From positions 3,100,001 to 3,164,000 of the forward strand of contig JAYWIR010000019.1 of NCBI GenBank assembly GCA_036172245.1: 64,000 bases of DNA, given 5' to 3'. The notes under the pieces are model-generated. The model did not search any database, was not told where the DNA came from, and worked only from the letters and a program-made list of their open reading frames with translations. This DNA is from Raillietiella orientalis. Lineage: Eukaryota. The translations under genes were made by a program, and so were the position numbers. Numbering within the stretch: the stretch's first letter is position 1; each line of letters begins with the position of its first letter. Positions 12,035 through 26,129 of this stretch are shown here, in pieces.

Positions 12035-15000
12035 CCACGCAATCCTTCAGTGAAAGGAGAAGGAATTGTGCGGTAGAACGGGGACCGGCATAGCGTGAGA
12101 GTTGCGTTATGAGCAAATGTTGGCTCTGCGTGTGATTTCCAAAGGTGAGGAGTTCAGAAGAGCCGGTAAGTCAGAGTTTCAAATGAAAAAAAAATCCTGT
12201 GGTTAATCAACTGATGCTAGGCAGTGTTGATCTTCGTTCGCTTGGTTGCTACCAAGGAGAAGAGCTTTCCAGCCTCGGAGCAGCGAAACGAGGAATCAGG
12301 GAGTAACCGCACACTATTTTCAGATCAGCAGCTGGACGTGATTCTCAGGGTCTCAGCATCAGTTGAATAAGGCGCGTGTTCCAAAAATGAATGCAAACAT
12401 CAGCACAAGAGAGTTTCTTCGTGCGGGGAAGGAATCGATAGGTCCTGGGCTGTCAAGACGAGATGACTTTGCCCACCGAATGCTCCGAGAAAACTGCCTG
12501 AAACTGGTGGATAGGGAAGATAGGATTGGATCTAGGATGTTTCTCTCTTTTTTTTTTGTCTTTTTCATAATGGGGCAAAATTTTCGGATGCACACCTCGG
12601 ATCACGGTAGATTTCATCAAAGGAAAGACCTCCTTTCGGTATAATCACACGCATCGCGCATAAGAATGGGAATTATCGATTTAGCCGGCCAGTAAAAGCG
12701 TATTTAACTACAATATTTAAGTTTGAATAGCTTTTGCACATATTTAGTTATGGGATGTTCATGGAGAAAATCAGGAATATTGGTTCCAATCCACGAAATA
12801 TGCTGGAGTATATTCATAGCATATCCCGTGGATATTAATCATATTCCCTATAGGTGGACAGTATTTTGAACTTCGATTTTCCCCAAACCGCACAGGGGAT
12901 GGGGTATTTTGAACTCCGAGAGAATCAAGACAGAGGATGCAGTTTTTATAATCTTTATACTGAAATAACTTTTCCAATTATTCCTCCTTTGGGTAGCGAG
13001 CGTTCTAGAATATCTATGTGCAGAGGATCCCTAAATGGTATCAAGAAACAGAAGGGTTAAAATCCGCGAAGGAGAGTGAGCTAAGTTAACATTAGGAGGA
13101 AACCGCGGGAACAGAGATCAATGAAGGGCTATTTGGAATCTGAAAATCTGAAAGGGATCGGGATTGCAGTCGTGGAGTGCTACCTAGGAGAGGGAGAGGA
13201 AATCCTTGGTCCCTTTCAGCCTGTATCCGGAAACTCTGGGACGGAAAAATGATCAAGGACCAGAAAACACTTGCAGTTAGGATGCCGCTTCCATGGAATC
13301 CTCACCCTGAAGGACGCTTGCAAACATCTGAAGTTCGTAGCCCCGCAGCTTGTTTCCTCGCCATGCGAGCATGCTATGCGGAAATCAAACACGGGAACGA
13401 AGAAACTGTACAAGTCCCACTGTACAAAGCCTTTACGAGCCATTAGAAAGTATTTCAAACCGCTGCCATTATCTGAGAAGCAGAAAAAAGGTTCAAAACA
13501 GTGGACAAAAGGTCGGAGAAGCAAACAGCACAAATCGAGGCAAACAAAACGGTGCACTTCGAGGCACGAAAACACATTTCGGATGCACGTACAATGGCCA
13601 CATTCGAATTCGTTTGATTGAGTAGCCTTACCCGGAATAAGCAACCTCAAGACGAGGAGGCACTTTGGCAAACACTCTGGAATAAGCATCTTCAAAGTAT
13701 GAGACTCCATAAAGTATGCCAATCTTAAGAGTGGATTGGTGTGCTTCTTGAAAAGGCATTATGATCTTGCCATCCAGAAAGCAACAGGAATCAGAAAATG
13801 AAGTGCAGATGCAAACAAATCCAGTGGTTAACTTGGAGAGGGAGAATGACGAGAGAACGATTTTGATGAAGACGCCTGCAATGAAAGAGTTCGGGAAAGG
13901 AAATTGTCAAATTTGTTTCTGTCCACGGAATTATTTTGGTGCGGACTGACAAACCGATTGCTGCGTCTCCAAAAGATACGTTCATCCGTGGAATTCATGC
14001 TTTTTCAAACCGGGAAAGCCGGAACAACTACTGTCGACCGGCCCGGGGATCCGAATTCTATGATGAAATTCCAGCAAGGATACGTCTTTCGAAGAATTGG
14101 GATAATGTGACGAAGCTTGTGGTAATGGAAGGCGGGGCAAGGGAGAAGGCATTTTGTGCTCGTACTTGTTTGAGAGCTGCTGTTGAAACAGGACTAAAAG
14201 GGGAGTCACCAACGAGAGATTTTTTTTTTTTTTTTTTTTTTTCGTGAGGAGTATAAAATTGTGATTTTTCTTTTTTTGGTAAGCACTTTCAAAATACCGT
14301 TTGCCACATTCGTTAGTGGTATTACTATAGGCGAATGTGTGGGACCATCAGTGCATGGATGATGATATGGCGTTGCAACTTAAAAAAAGAGCACTTGCTA
14401 TGCCCTGAGGTTGGTGGAAGTTACTTTCAGCTTCTACTAAAGTTCAGAAGTTTCGTCTTCTCATTTGAAGGTCCACATAGACAAAAGAAAGAACGAATTG
14501 ACCGGAAATAATATGTTAAAGAGGACAAAAGAGGTAGAAGTGGGAGCAGAAAAGTCTCTCACATAATGAACGTACATGAGTCTGAAGACTCACTGAACTC
14601 ATACGGGAGGATCCATGGTCCATCCATAACAACTTCAGGGAGCAACCCTACAAGACACCAACGAATGCCAACCGGTTAAAAGGTCCAGGTTCTTCAAGCA
14701 ATCAGAGTATAGATATGCGGAAGATATAAAAGCTGTTTTGCTGGTTTGCCTTTCTTCTTTAGTGTTGCTCAGGACCATACGGTATGATCACGTGAGAAAT
14801 GCATCTTCTACGTTTATTACCTCTTGCGTCCGTTGAAAGAAAAAGCAGGCTTAAAGAAGAAGCCTTCTGCAAAATATTTTGACTTGTGGAAGGAAGATTA
14901 TTAACGAAATGTCGCTTGGGAACAAACAAACAGTGCGCGTCTTCTCTCATGAACTATCCGGTACGTAAATGTTCTCCGAAATTTTCCTTCGTAATTGTTC

Positions 15001-16499
15001 ATCTCCTCAGCCAAGCCGCTCTGCTTTCCAAGCACCACATCGCCTCCTAATAGCTGAATAATACTGCGGCCGAAAGCACAGTCGAATTGTGATTTCTGTT
15101 GCATTTATCAGGAGCACACCACTTCTTTGATATGTTCGTTCCTCGCCGGTGTCAGCCAAAAAAAAAAGAACAAAACTGCAACTGTGAAAACGCCAACAAC
15201 ATCGTGCTCTTTGATAAAGGATATCTTCGCTAATTGAGTCTTCCTCCTTAAACCACTCTAAGAAAACAAGACTTCACTCTATTTGGATAGGCACTTACTC
15301 GATGCAACCTATCTCTGTTGTTTCTTCTGTATCACCAGTATGGCACCGTAGGTCTACGTATATAACCTGCACACCGCTCTGATGTTGCATCTCAGACCTC
15401 TGTGTCACAGTTACATCTACAATTATTTTTCAATCCACTCTATCAGTTGCAATCTTACACATGAACGGTCTGGAAGATTGAATTTTCACATCTCATAGGG
15501 ATCTGCCAGGTTATTTCTCTTAAAGTAGGTTTCCTTCTAAACTTTGTCTCCTGAACACCATTTTCTTCATTCTGCCTCAGAGCATCGTTGAGACATCATC
15601 TGATCCGTGTGCTCCAAAAAGTGCTTACTCCGACCGGTTCTGCCCTGGGAAGGATTTCTTCCCTAATTGAGACGAAACTGAAAGGTTATTTTTAGTTTTC
15701 ATATTAACATACGTTGCCGGCAAACGCCCTCTGCAAATCCGGCTCGGCAAGAGTGAGGGTGGCGTTGCAGAACTGCCTTGAAGAAGTGTGTAATGCAGTT
15801 GGAACTCTGTATTTCTTTCCCTTTGACGTGAGCTTCATTCAACATGGAATTTGCTTCACATCAATGAATTCTGCTCCGTACTCCGGAAGGGGATCCGTAT
15901 CTACTTCTTTCCAGTTTCGATTCTGATGCAAAGAAGCTTTCTCCAGCGATCTTCATCACGTAGCTTTCATATGAGCATCGCCCATTCCTGGATTCAAAGA
16001 GAACAGATCTGTGAATTTCTCTAGACACATCCTCTTCTGCAAAGCATCTTTTGACCATCGTCACTTGTATTTGACGGTTCAGAATATGAACGTATGAATC
16101 CAAGGAACGTGCTCGTCCCCGTGCAGAGATGCTAACTATAAGGCATTTTGCCCCTTAGAAATATTTATGCACATAAAGCATTCGGAGGGTGGGAAATTGT
16201 GTTTGAAAATCAGTGCTATTCTTTTTTTTTCTGCTGAATATTTTACAGAGGAGAAGGGGATTAATCTTGAAACGATGATTGGAATCCGTCGAACGGGTAT
16301 CAAAGCAAAATGATAACTGTTGTCCTAATATTCTGGTAGCAATCTGAGAATTTCAATCTTCTTCGATGGAAGGAGGAACCAAGTCCCGCGGTCATCAGAT
16401 TCTTTCGGCTGCATTCACGAGAAAGGACTTCTTCTTTATTCCCTCATTTCAAGGGACAGTTAATTTTTCGTTACTTTTCGTTTGCTCGTCCTTTTCCAG

Positions 16500-18680
16500 T
16501 TACTTTAAGACGAAGACAACCATACGCAACTCAGAATTGAATATTTTAAAGAGGGTAATAAAAATCCTCAAAGAGCATTGGGTTGTGTGTTCAGGCACAC
16601 AGGAAAAATAAGGAAAAGAGTCAAGAATATGGATATAAACCTTGGAATGAAACTCCGACTAATCACACGAAAGAGTTGGTAATTCCACTACGACTTCTCT
16701 TCATTCTAACCATCACCTTCAGTTCGCATCCCCATTTCATTGGCTTGACAGTGCAACTACCCTTTTGCTTTGCGCAGCTGGGAAAGTACCCAGGAAGCAA
16801 GATCCATGCGTTGCACAAAATCACAAGATGGTCTTCCAGTGAGAACAAGATTAAAATGGGCACTCGTTTATTTACAGCGAAACCAGCGCAGTGTTTTTCG
16901 AAAAGGTGTGACGAACATCTCGAAAACCATTGGACTTTCAGAAATTCAAGCCAAGTTCACAAGACATAGGTCGATAGACTGGGTCCAGCCAGTATCTTGA
17001 CAGCAGTACTTGAGAAGGACAAATCAGCTCCAAGACTCTTCTCTGCCCCCTGAATTGCACTATAATCTCTTCAAAAGTATAAATTGGCAGCATATCTCTC
17101 CATATACATGAAAAGACGGCCAAACCAGGAAGTTTGTCTTTGTTCCCTAGACCGCCGACTTCTGTCATCTTCGACATGAATAATGCGCGCTCCTATCTTC
17201 TAAAAAATCCAGATTTCTCATGGAAGAGGGGATTCGAACAGTGCACATTATTTTTTGATCTATTGGCCCGAGACAGATTCCAGTTTATAGAGCTGCAAAA
17301 AATTCGATGGAATTGCCATCATAAGCTACCAATTGCAAAAAGTGCCTTCGGATATCAATTAGCGCGCAAATTAGAACTCACTGCGAAGATGAATTCACTT
17401 TTTTCTTTTACTATCTTCTGGCTTTAGATGAATTTCAGTTTTTCAGGCAGTGTTCACTGTTAGAGAAAAAGAAAAGAAGAGGGATTTATGACAGCACTCA
17501 ACTACTTGGAGGGCATTCCTTTTATTGGGTGATTCAAACTATTATTTTCTGAATTTGAAGAACTGAAACAATTCTGTAAAACGAAAGTCCCGATGCTGGC
17601 TTTCAAGAGCAACTTGATCGGATTGCATTCTCTGCAGCCCGCGTCCGTAGTGGAGTCGCAGCCATAATGTCATGCAACTCAAGATGCTGTGATGATAAGT
17701 GATCTTCATGATAGCGAGGCAAAAAAAAATGAAGGATAGATATTTCTCACTCTGCGCTGATCCTTGATGACTGATTTCGTAATGCCTGATTAAAGAACTG
17801 CCTTCGTTGAGTGGTGGCGTGACGTCAGGGGTCAGCAGCACTGCGCCATTGGCATTTTTGGTTTTATTTAACTGAAATCCTGCTAGTTTTTTTTTTTTTT
17901 AAATCTCTCATTTGGTAACCCTGCAGTTTCAAGGTGCTAATGAGGAAGAATTCATGGAAAACTTTACAGCTTTTGAGCATAAGAAATCACGCTGTGTTTG
18001 TCCACCCGTCCTACGTCAAAAAGTCATTCTGTGCGAAGGGAATACGCGTCGAAGGCAGAGAGTAGGCAACTCTTTGAGAACTAGAGGAGTTCTTGATTGA
18101 AAGAGATGCATTCAACTTTTAAGTATACCGTTGAATAATGAGATTATTTTCACTGATTCGATAAGATTTAACATCAATTTTACGTTTCCTTCCGGCTTTC
18201 AATAGCACAAATGCGCTATGGGAAAATTGTGCTCAATATTTACTAAGTATAATAATGCTCGCGTAAGTGTACAGATGTGTTTGTGTACGAAGTGAGTAAC
18301 ACGTATAAATGGCTACTAGATTAAAAAGTTATTCGAAAATGCCAGCAAAAAGGTCGATTCTGTTCAAGAGGCTTTAATTCTTCGTGCTGCTGTGAATGCT
18401 TGTTTGTGGCACTGGTTTAGCATTGGTCTTCACCTTGAGTGCGTATGAAGCATCAGTTTCCCATGAACTGATCACCTATCTGCACCTCTACATTGAGGCG
18501 AGCATCTCTCTTTTGGAACGATCTACGATGCTTCATATGCTCTCGTCATTGTGTTACTAACGAGTGATTCTGCACGCGATCCGAGCACAGACATTAGACA
18601 TGTTGTCGTTAAAATCAACCACAGATGACTTCCCCTCAACTCTTTCGAGAACTAAAATAGATCCCTAATGGAAAAAAAAA
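16500..18680 (-). mobile_element. Decayed LINE ORF2 relic (APE and RT fragments)
   Basis: Frameshifted VICG/DFN at ~18615-18630 (APE-like), HEKSGFFRR at ~17200 (QxGFR-like), and FSLEDHLVIL...KWGCELKVMV at ~16700-16850 (FADDLVIL...WxL...KVMV-like), in collinear order. May not be a single element. Confidence 0.35.
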
Positions 18681-21239
18681 ACGCCTTTCTAATTTCAAGT
18701 TTTTAAAAAGATCCTGCAGAATCGGATGCTGCGAGGCTCTTGGCCACCTGCCGGAGCTGCAGTCTCATTGCCAAGATCTCCAAGATGAGGATGGGTTGCG
18801 AATTTCCGAAAACGCCAATTACTTCGTACAAAAAGAAGCAAGTTTCCAAGCAAGTGACTTTAGGCCCCACGCACTCTCCTAGTAAGAGCAGAGAAGATTG
18901 AAAAGAGTCTCACGTTTCCTTGCCCACTGAGAACTGTGGCGACATGACACTTACTGAGAATAGCCGCGGATCGAAACGTTCAAACAAAACTTGCGAACGA
19001 TAAGAGGATTCCACAGGGTCCTCAACATCCGCTGCCACGGACGCAGAGAAATGAAGTTGTGAAAGTAAGGCCCACTTTCCGTTAAAGCAAGCTCAGGCTT
19101 GTATTAGGTCCAGGATAAATTCTCCCAAATACATCTTCCGGCATTCAAGTGTGCTCTTCGAAGCAGAAATCCAACGAGATCAAGCTGAAACTACAATGAA
19201 AATGAGACAGCTAAAACGAGATATCCTCAATCGCCAAGCCTCCATGGTGTTTCTTGGAAGATTGCTGTTTTCTAATTCGTCAGCAGAATCCATCACCTAT
19301 TGAAAAGTGTTTATGATTCTTCCTGGAGCTGCAAAAATAAATGTGGGTCCGCATTTTGCACGACCTAAGGAAGAAAACAAACCCTTCTGGAAGCAAAACT
19401 CTCTTCGTCCGTGCTTCTCAACCAAGATCGCATGGCCAAAGCATCCCAGAAAGCATCCCAGAAATAAAAACTTACCAAAATGATGCACATGGCTGCCGAT
19501 GAACAGGCGCCTCTTCAATTAGACTTGTAGAATTGCACGCAAGACACACTTTAATTAGAAGGCAAATCATCCTTAAATGCTGTTGAGCAGCTCTTTAGGG
19601 AGTGCCTTTCACTTTTCATTCTCCCAGGGAGTGCATCCAAATACACTAGTGACAGCATGCAGATTACAAATTCCATCTTGTATCTCGAATCACCTGGAGC
19701 CGGGCTCCAGGTGACTATCATAAATGGTGTCATTTTCCAGAAAATTCCATTCCATCAAGACTTGGGAAAGATGGGTCCAGAAATGAAATCCCATGAGGCA
19801 AAGCGATCGGCATTTCCATGCAATGATGCATGAAAGATGAAATTCCGGCTGCGCTGGATTTCCCCTGGATTCCCTCTGTCATCGGGCATCCGAACAGACA
19901 GCGAATTTTCCGTGTTGCTTCCCGCCTTATTGAAGTGTTGGGTGAAAATCGCAGGGATTACTGGAAACGGGTGACAACATGCTTCGGAGCGAACTGCATT
20001 TCGAATGGACTTCTTGCCGCGGGGTCGGGAAGAAAGACGAAATCGGATAGTTTCCTTCGGAAGTCTTGCCTGGATGGTGAACGCGACTTTCCGATGCTCG
20101 CCGCGGTTTCCAGGGATTCTGCGGGTGCTGCGAAGTAAGCAAAAAGCAAACAAACCATGCGTCAGCGAGAATCCCATCACGTCCACTGCCCCTGAGAACT
20201 CGGACGTATCCAAGATCTGCTCTGCTATCGAACACCCTTGTTTGCATCCTCGATGGTCTCAACTGCGGTAAGACGATCTGGACCTCCAAACAACGTCTCT
20301 GGGCGTTTTCCTTTCGAACTTTATTTTAGAAAACACGCTACGTTGATGCACAGCACTGGTAAAAAAACACATCTGCTTGTCAAGGGAAAAAAAAAATCAT
20401 CGAGCATGTTTTCAGATTAACATAGAAAATCACTCATCTCTCGGTCTATTAGAGTCTTCCACTCTGTACATCCCATCACGTACTATTTATTTTTACGTAA
20501 TTGTATATATGTTTCAATGTTATATCAAAACGATGCTGACAAAAGGTGTCTGAAGATTCTTCAGAGCCGTGTCTTCACCTCCTCGATGACCAGTGCATCA
20601 ACCCTGAATTTCAGTCCACGAATCCACTATACTTTGCTTTGTTAGTGTGTGTCAGTATGGAAAGCCGTGGTGGACCAAACAGAGAACCACATTTGCTGAG
20701 TGTTGGCTTCAAGAGGTACTAAATCCTAATTCGTATTTCCGACTCATACGAATCCAGTGTACATTGCTTTGTTGGTATGTCAGTGTGTCATTCAGTGACA
20801 TCCCGTACGCCGCTCGTTCTTACAGCTTGGCTCCAAATATGGAGGTTGCTGCTGACATGGATGGTTTATGGACGATGCTCACGAGTGAAGACTAAAAATT
20901 TGCACTGATGGCAAGTGGACAATTATACAATGTGCAATTCACCGATCCGTACCGACCTATCCCCAGTCCTTGAACAAAATGCACTAAATAAATAAATCAT
21001 ATTACAATGATATTGTAATATAATTAATAAGCAGTGCATATCTCTATTCATTTGATTCATTGCTTTCCATTCAAACATTCCAACCGTCTCACACAGAGGA
21101 AGCGCTAAAACCACACTCTTTGCCCGCGCTAGAGGCTGTTCCTCTTCGGTCTCCGCGCATTCCACCAAGAAAACACGGATGAGGATCGGCGTTGAGAAAT
21201 GGATGCGTCATGGGTTTCGAGTCCTCCGCCCACGCGCTC

Positions 21240-22740
21240 GACCCGTTCCAAAGAGGCAGGTTTTATCTGCCGGAAAGGACAGCGGTGTGGAACCCCTTCG
21301 TGCCCCCTCTCCTCCGCCCCCTGCTTTTTGCTTGCCCCCCAACATGCAGCATTGACAATCAGACAAAGGACCTCCTCTACATCGTTCTCTGGGGTATAGG
21401 GAGGTTCCGAGTCCTACTTGAAGGACTTCTGTGCTCCGCTCCGGGACGGCGGCCTAGGCCTCCTGATGCTGGAGAGGATGCCGCTCCAGTTTCGGACACT
21501 TGCCCTCGTGACAAACCTGTGGAGCACCACCTGGTGCCAACCTACACGTCTTCCTGCAGCGTGGGACTCGCGTCCTTACTTGCGCGCCGTCCACGCAGTC
21601 TCATCCACTGCGGAATGCACCTTCGGCAGCTGGTCACGCTGGCCAGGAAAAACGGATGGATCGCGTGACGCTCCGAGAACGGTGGTGCCTGGTTGCAGAA
21701 AAACGTTCGCAGATCCAGGAACCAAACCCGGAACAGGTGCTACGTTTCCTGTACGTATGTAACAACAACTGCACTCTCCGGGAGATCCTGGAAGATCCCG
21801 TGAAGAGTGCGTGGACAAGCAGAACCTCCCTCGCCTAAGCGCTGCCTTTCCTTAGGGAGCACATGGGCAGCAGCCTTACAGCTGTGGAAATCTCTGGAAG
21901 GAGAAAAGGAATGGGTGAGTGAACGACGGACCAGCTCACCGACGCTGCAACCCCAAGTACTCGGAGTGCCCGACCTCATGGACTTTTGCACTGAGGCGTA
22001 TTATTGAGTATTCCGGAGAAAGACCTGCAGTGACCGCCAGTGCCCAGGTGCACCCGCACCCTCTTCTTAAAGTGGCAGGGGTCAGCATTGATGCTACTAC
22101 ACTGGGGCCTCCTGTGCTGCAACTCCTACAGGCATCATTGGACACGAAGGAAGGGGGTGCACCCAAACTGTGCAAGGTGCGAGAGCGGGAGTTCCTCCCG
22201 CACCTCCTAGTGGACTGTGTTGCCCTCTGGTCCCTTTGAAGACGCTTTGCCGCGACCCTTGGAACTCCCGGAGGCAACGTCAGAGACGTTTGAAAGCGCC
22301 TCTTCCTGCGCGACGCCCTCATGCCGGCCGCATCCCTAGCAGCGCTCTACTGCCCACGCAGCGGGATCGTGGCTGCATGGAGCAACGCCAGAGGAGACCA
22401 GGACGACAGGGACTCCATCTACTTTGCTGTCTTCTTCATGAGGATAGCATAAACATGGCCCCAACTGGGAGTCATGAAAAAGAAACTTGCAAACATTCTT
22501 GCAAGGATGTTGAGGACACCTTCCAGTACTTGGTGATCCCTTTCCGAACCCCTCCATTTTTTTGACTGTATGTTTTTTGTTTTATTTTTTCTTTTTGCTT
22601 GGTTCCCCTTCGCCTATGCTGCCGAGGCGAACCCCGCTGGACTGTGTGCCAGTTACCGGCCGGTTCCTTCTCGTAGTTATAAGTAATGTGTCAGGGTCAA
22701 ACGTCCTGCCACTGACATGTATGTTTATTCTATAAAGAAA
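21240..22740 (+). mobile_element. Tx1/L1-like LINE 3' half (RT thumb, CCHC knuckle, 3' UTR), copy A
   Basis: ERTAVWNPFVPPLL...YIVLWG...CAPLRDGGLGL (post-RT thumb motif), CKVREREFLPHLLVDC (CxxC...HLLxxC knuckle remnant), T-rich 3' UTR and terminal stem-loop. Clear nucleotide similarity to 51450-52085. Confidence 0.8.
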
Positions 22741-22744
22741 CGCT

Positions 22745-23055
22745 TCGGCGTGATCGGGTGTCAACCAAGCGTCGCGGGGGTCCAAATCCCAACCGAGCGA
22801 GGATCGACGTTGAAAAATGGGTGCTCCATGGGTTTCGAGTCCTTACTGCAGGATGACGTTGGTGGCCTCGGTTGGCTTCGGGTGAGACACTGGCAGGAGC
22901 CGGAAAACCCCGGATGCCCCCGATGATTGGCCAGAACTGGAAGTCAATCTTCCGGGGCCCTTCCAGGAATCAAGGAGTCGGCTCCCTTCGGGGTTCCCTT
23001 ACATCTGTGAAAATAGAGCCGTACCATGGAGCTTGTTAATACCCCCTCGGGGGTT
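22745..23055 (-). mobile_element. C-terminal fragment of the gag-like repeat ORF, antisense to and abutting LINE copy A
   Basis: Aligns to 3140-3450 (AGGATCGACG...AATGGGTGC...GAGTCC...GCAGGA.GA...CTTCCAGG.ATCA.GGAG...CCCTTCGGGGTTCC). Minus-strand peptide SSCSKDSKPMEHPFFNVDP. Confidence 0.75.
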
Positions 23056-23099
23056 CGTTGCCACGCCAGAGTGTCATGAGCGCGTGAGCGGAGCGGACC

Positions 23100-24010
23100 C
23101 CTTTCGAGGCAACTCTGCTCTTCCTGAGGAGGGCGCTTGGAGGTAGCCAACTGCCGAGGTGGGATATCTCCTGCGAGATCGCAGGCAGGCGGAAATTGAT
23201 GAGTGAGGATGGAGTATGGACAGCTGACGCATGCTGTGACCCCGAGTGCCCTTCCACGAGGACTACGGCTCTAAGGAGGGCTGCCTGGAATTTTTAGCGA
23301 AAACCTTGAATGGTCCCCGGTACTCAAGAACAGCAGCGCCCTCCCCCTGAAGTGGAGTAATTCTGCTGTCGCACTGGGGTTTCCCCTGCAACCACCGCCG
23401 ACACCGCTGGACGCTGGGGAGGGCGAGTCCGGAGTGCTGCACGTGCGGGAAACGGGAGTCCCCCTCCCGCACCTGCTCGTGGACTGTCTTGCCCTCCAAC
23501 CCCTTTGGGAATGCTTTGCTGCGACCCTAGGAACCCCAGGCGGCAACCCCAGGGACGTTTTACGTCCCCTCTTTGTGCGGGCTGCCCGGCAGCAGCTCTT
23601 TGCCTTGCTTTATCCGCGGGATTGGGGCTGCCGAGAGCAAAACCGACAGAAGAGGAAACAAGAGGGACACCATCCAGTCCGCAGTTCGCTTTTTGCAGAT
23701 GGCGGTGGCCGGATGGCCCCACCTGGACGCTATACGGACATAATTTGCAGAGGGATGGATGGCAACAGGATGCAGAGGACTCCGGGAAGGGTACTATGAT
23801 CCCTGCCTTGGTCTCCCCCCCATCCTCCCTGTGTATAATTCTTCCTCCTGTATAATTCTTCTGTTTCGTGTATTTATTTTTTTTGTTTTTGTTTTCCCTC
23901 CTTCCATGCTGCCGAAGTGGACCTCGTCGGTCTGCGCACCGGTCTCCGGCAGGTCCATTGCACGTGGTAGAACCAACGATTCTGTCACACAAATGTGGTT
24001 TTATTACTTT
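23100..24010 (+). mobile_element. Tx1/L1-like LINE 3' fragment, copy B (more diverged)
   Basis: LPHLLVDCLALQPLWECFAATLGTPGGNPRD is homologous to copy A (LPHLLVDCVALWSL...FAATLGTPGGNVRD). T-rich UTR and 3' stem-loop at 23964-23988. Confidence 0.78.
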
Positions 24011-26129
24011 ATATAATAATTTTTATTACTTCACGTACATGCCCATAATAAATGTCCCAGGTGATAATCATCCTAGGGCAACGATCTCCCTTGAAGGTCG
24101 ATACTGTCCCTTCGAAAGAAAAAATAAAACGCCGAGACGATTGGATTGTGGTGAACACCAAATTATGGTAATGTGCAACAGTGGCAGCAGAAAATGCTCA
24201 ATGCACAGAGAGTTAATGCTGCACTACCATGGCCGCAGTGTTCACAGGACGAAATTCTATTCTGCATTTCATCTACAACTTTTCTGTTTGTCGACCATCG
24301 ATTCCCGAAAAGAGATCAACACGATGGACGACGTGGAGCGAGCAAACCCAAGGTTTTAGCGAGTAACTGGATGCATGGAGAACTCTCGAAAGTAAATGTA
24401 ACACCAGAGGTGAATTGATATGCCTGGAAAAACACGGTACACTTTGCACCACATCCTGCTAAACTACTGGAGAATTTGTGTGTCAGGTTACGTGGAAGGG
24501 TTTAAACCTGGAAGAGCAGAAGGAAAAGATATTGGCAAGAGATGAAAGATGCTGCTTCCGAGAAAATCGACGAAATGTGCAAGTATGAATCTGGTGATTG
24601 CCATCTTCAGAAAGCGCTTGTTCTGATTGCTAATCATAAATTAGTTCGTTGTTTATGGACAGCTCGAATAAGCCAGAAAAGAACGGGCGTGCTGCCGACA
24701 TTTCAATAGACGCAGTGATGCCTTTGCAAAGAACCTTACATTTAGACGTTGGGAGCGGTTTTTAGAAAAGCTCGTTTTTTAAGAGCGACAGCTGGAATTT
24801 TTTTTTGCCCCTGCTTATGCATTTCCAACAGTAATGGCAAGAATCTGTACTTGATGGTATAGAGATCATTTAGCAATTCATAATTTAGGTGATCAGCTAA
24901 GAAAATTCATTGGTTATTTTTCCAGATAAAAAATCACACGACGACAATCCCTTCAAAATTGAATAAAATACAAAGATGACACCTTTTGACATCTAAATAG
25001 AATGCAAGAAGGAAAGGATATGAGGGGACGGTAAGTGAGTTGACTAACCAAAGAGGGAAAACTCGTTTTTCAAAGGCTGCGTGACAAAACACGCAGAAAT
25101 ATAGAGTAATGGAACAAAAGAATCCGGAGGTGGTGGAGGATCACTTCTTTCATTGGATTCAAGGCAACATATCGACAGCTTAGAAAGTCATCCGACTCGT
25201 CACAAATCTGCGGATGCGCGTGTCACTCCGGACAAACGGAAAGAATGGGATGATTTTCTGAACCTCAAGAAACCGAAGCAGCACATCAGTTCGGATTAAT
25301 GAAAGCTGATGCAAGATGAGATCCGAAGGAGAAGCGAAACGGATAACCCGAGACTTGGTTCCTCGGATTTTCGTAAGGCGACCCGGATGTGCAGCAGAAC
25401 CAAGTTTTGCTCGATTCCGTCCTCCGATGACGGTGAGCACTTCCGTTCCAGGGAAACTGGTCCCTCGCTATTTCGTCTCGGTGCAGAGAGATTCGACTTT
25501 CCGATCCGTGGGAAAATTCGAAGCCTCTTGCTCCTCTTCGACCAGAGCACCTGGAAGAGTACTCCGGATTCTTTGGAAGATCATCTTTAAATCTCAGCAC
25601 GATCCAGCTCGTATCTGGGTCCAACGCCGTTGATTCAGGCTTGTCAAACCATTCGACTTGGATTCAAGGAAATCAAGAGAAGGTGAAAGAAGCAATACGA
25701 ATGTGTGCGGACATGCATCTCTATGGAAAGTGTCAGCTGTCGAGACGTTTGATCAATGATATATGAATGCATGGAGAAACATACGATGGATAACAGTAAG
25801 ATGAAAGCATCTGCTCTTCAAGGAAAAAAAAAAAAAAACAGAAAATGCAAACCGAGAGGATGAAGGTGAAGCTGAGGATGCGTTCATCTCATGCAAACCG
25901 TGATTTGAATTAAAAGTCTCTGAATCACGGGAATTCATTTACTAAGAGTTCTTCCCTGTTTATGGAACTCGAGTTTTCACGACGCTGCCTCGGCCCTCTC
26001 GCCGCGCCAGTTTGCTTTGGTTGAGAAATCTGCAACCCCAGCGGCTGCTGGGCTAGAAGACTTCAAGCAGGTCAGCGCGACCCACTGTTACGTTTTTATT
26101 TCTATCTTTTCCCTCCCTTCAGAACCTAC

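Noticed and set aside
12771..12977. ILCLDSLG resembling a Ulp1 protease motif
   Set aside because: No flanking HW or QxxxxDCG catalytic motifs found.
22828..22843. GGGTTTCGAGTCC resembling a tRNA T-arm or Pol III B-box (also at 21212 and 52158)
   Set aside because: No cloverleaf or properly spaced A-box is visible; the block is better explained as coding sequence on the opposite strand.
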